Program-made: the position numbers and the translations under genes | Part shown: piece after piece, positions 8,093 through 8,863 of the stretch | Numbering within the stretch: the first letter of the stretch is position 1 | Layout of the letters: each line of letters opens with the position of its first letter | Source of the DNA: Paraspadella gotoi | Taxonomy: Eukaryota; Animalia; Chaetognatha | NCBI GenBank assembly: GCA_051294375.1 | Contig: JBJCIZ010001119.1 | Coordinates: 1-8,863 of the forward strand | Length of the DNA stretch: 8,863 nt | Direction: 5' to 3' | The notes under the pieces: model-generated | What the model was told of the DNA's origin: nothing | Database searches by the model: none | Seen by the model: the letters and a program-made list of their open reading frames with translations, nothing else

Positions 8093-8863
8093 TTTTAATT
8101 TTTGCAAGAGATCTCCTTCATCAATCCACTTTTTTCAAAATTTAAGAATCAAGATATTTGACCCAAATTCAAATACTCCTTTTCTTTTCCTGTCTCTAAA
8201 CCCTGAACGTGCAGTTTTCTTCCTTCAAGCCAAATCGCTCTTTGTTTTTTTAAAAAAAATTAAATAATATTAACTTCATCTTTTACGGTGATGGAAAGGC
8301 GTGAAAAGTTCCAGGATTCTTAGATACACATAACAACGAATCAAGACCAATTAATTTTAAAAGTTGGGTGGTGATGTTTGGTAGTTGTTTAAGCAAATTT
8401 TATAAATTTTGTCTTGAATATCCAGCCCTTAAAAATCACCGAGTGAAACTTGCTCTTATTTTCAACTCGAAACATAATCACCTTTTCTTAAACTCCAACC
8501 TTTTCTTTTTATAACTTCATTCCAATTCCCTTCACGCTCCCTCCTTAAATTTCTTTTTAAAAATTCCTTTATTATGGACTCACCTGATGCTTCAAATTTG
8601 GTGATAAGCCCATAATGTTTTCATTTTCAGTTCGCGTTTAATTAAACTTTAATAATAATTCATCAAAATAAATCAACCCATTCTCCCAGAATGAATGATT
8701 TGCCCGTCATTAATTTAAGATAAAGCGATTTTTCAATAAATCTCCGATTAAAAAATTCTCTATCATAACATCCTGCAATGGACTATTCACGTGAATATTA
8801 TTTATATTATAGCTTTTTAATATAATACAAGGCAATTCAAATTCAACTCCACGATCACCCACA
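8093..8863 (-). pseudogene. Maverick retroviral-like (rve) integrase with C-terminal chromodomain, 3' part, frameshifted as read
   Basis: In frame from 8862: VGDRGVEFELPCIILKSYNINNIHVNSPLQDVMIE, then after a shift FNR (matches D-x-G-x-EF...ERFNRTLK, second D and E of DDE). Further motifs: GEWVDL, IMGLSPN, FKKGDYVRVE (8461-8492, two 1-nt insertions), AGYS, PGTF, chromodomain-like GKEKEYL and KWIDEGDLL (about 8104-8190). Confidence 0.9.

Larger units (their letters stand above)
3859..8863 (-). mobile_element. Maverick/Polinton (adintovirus-like) endogenous viral element, partial, continues past the right edge
   Basis: Five collinear minus-strand genes recognised by motifs across frameshifts: integrase-chromodomain, minor capsid, small basic protein, major capsid, adenain-like protease, with only a few to about 20 nt between them. 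The left boundary rests only on an AGTAGT candidate terminus at 3859 and is much less certain than the element call. Confidence 0.92.

Noticed and set aside
8784-8797. 14-bp perfect palindrome TATTCACGTGAATA
   Set aside because: Inside the integrase coding frame with no supporting context; likely chance.
1-8863. CRISPR array, tRNA/rRNA, prokaryotic operon, pPolB or packaging ATPase
   Set aside because: No regularly spaced repeats or RNA-gene signatures were seen, the intron points to a eukaryote, and no PolB or Walker A motifs were recognised in this window.

Overview
AT-rich eukaryotic (probably invertebrate) DNA made almost entirely of mobile elements; no ordinary host gene is supported. 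The right 5 kb (about 3859-8863, minus strand) is a Maverick/Polinton (adintovirus-like endogenous DNA virus). The ORF track misses it because every gene is broken by small indels. Reading across frames by eye gives a tightly packed module: retroviral-like integrase with a C-terminal chromodomain (cut by the window edge), minor capsid protein, small basic core-like protein, major capsid protein and adenain-type cysteine protease. About 0.7 kb of non-coding DNA follows, ending at an AGTAGT candidate terminus. No protein-primed PolB or packaging ATPase was recognised in the window. The left part holds an intron-containing hAT-like (hATm-type) transposase remnant on the minus strand, a Helentron-associated non-autonomous element (HINE/DINE-1-like, about 2776-3512) that may interrupt it, and a weak piggyBac-like remnant at the left edge. 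Many frameshifts are single extra bases in homopolymers, so the decay may be long-read error and the real element may be intact. All family assignments come from manual motif recognition, not database searches, and boundaries are approximate.
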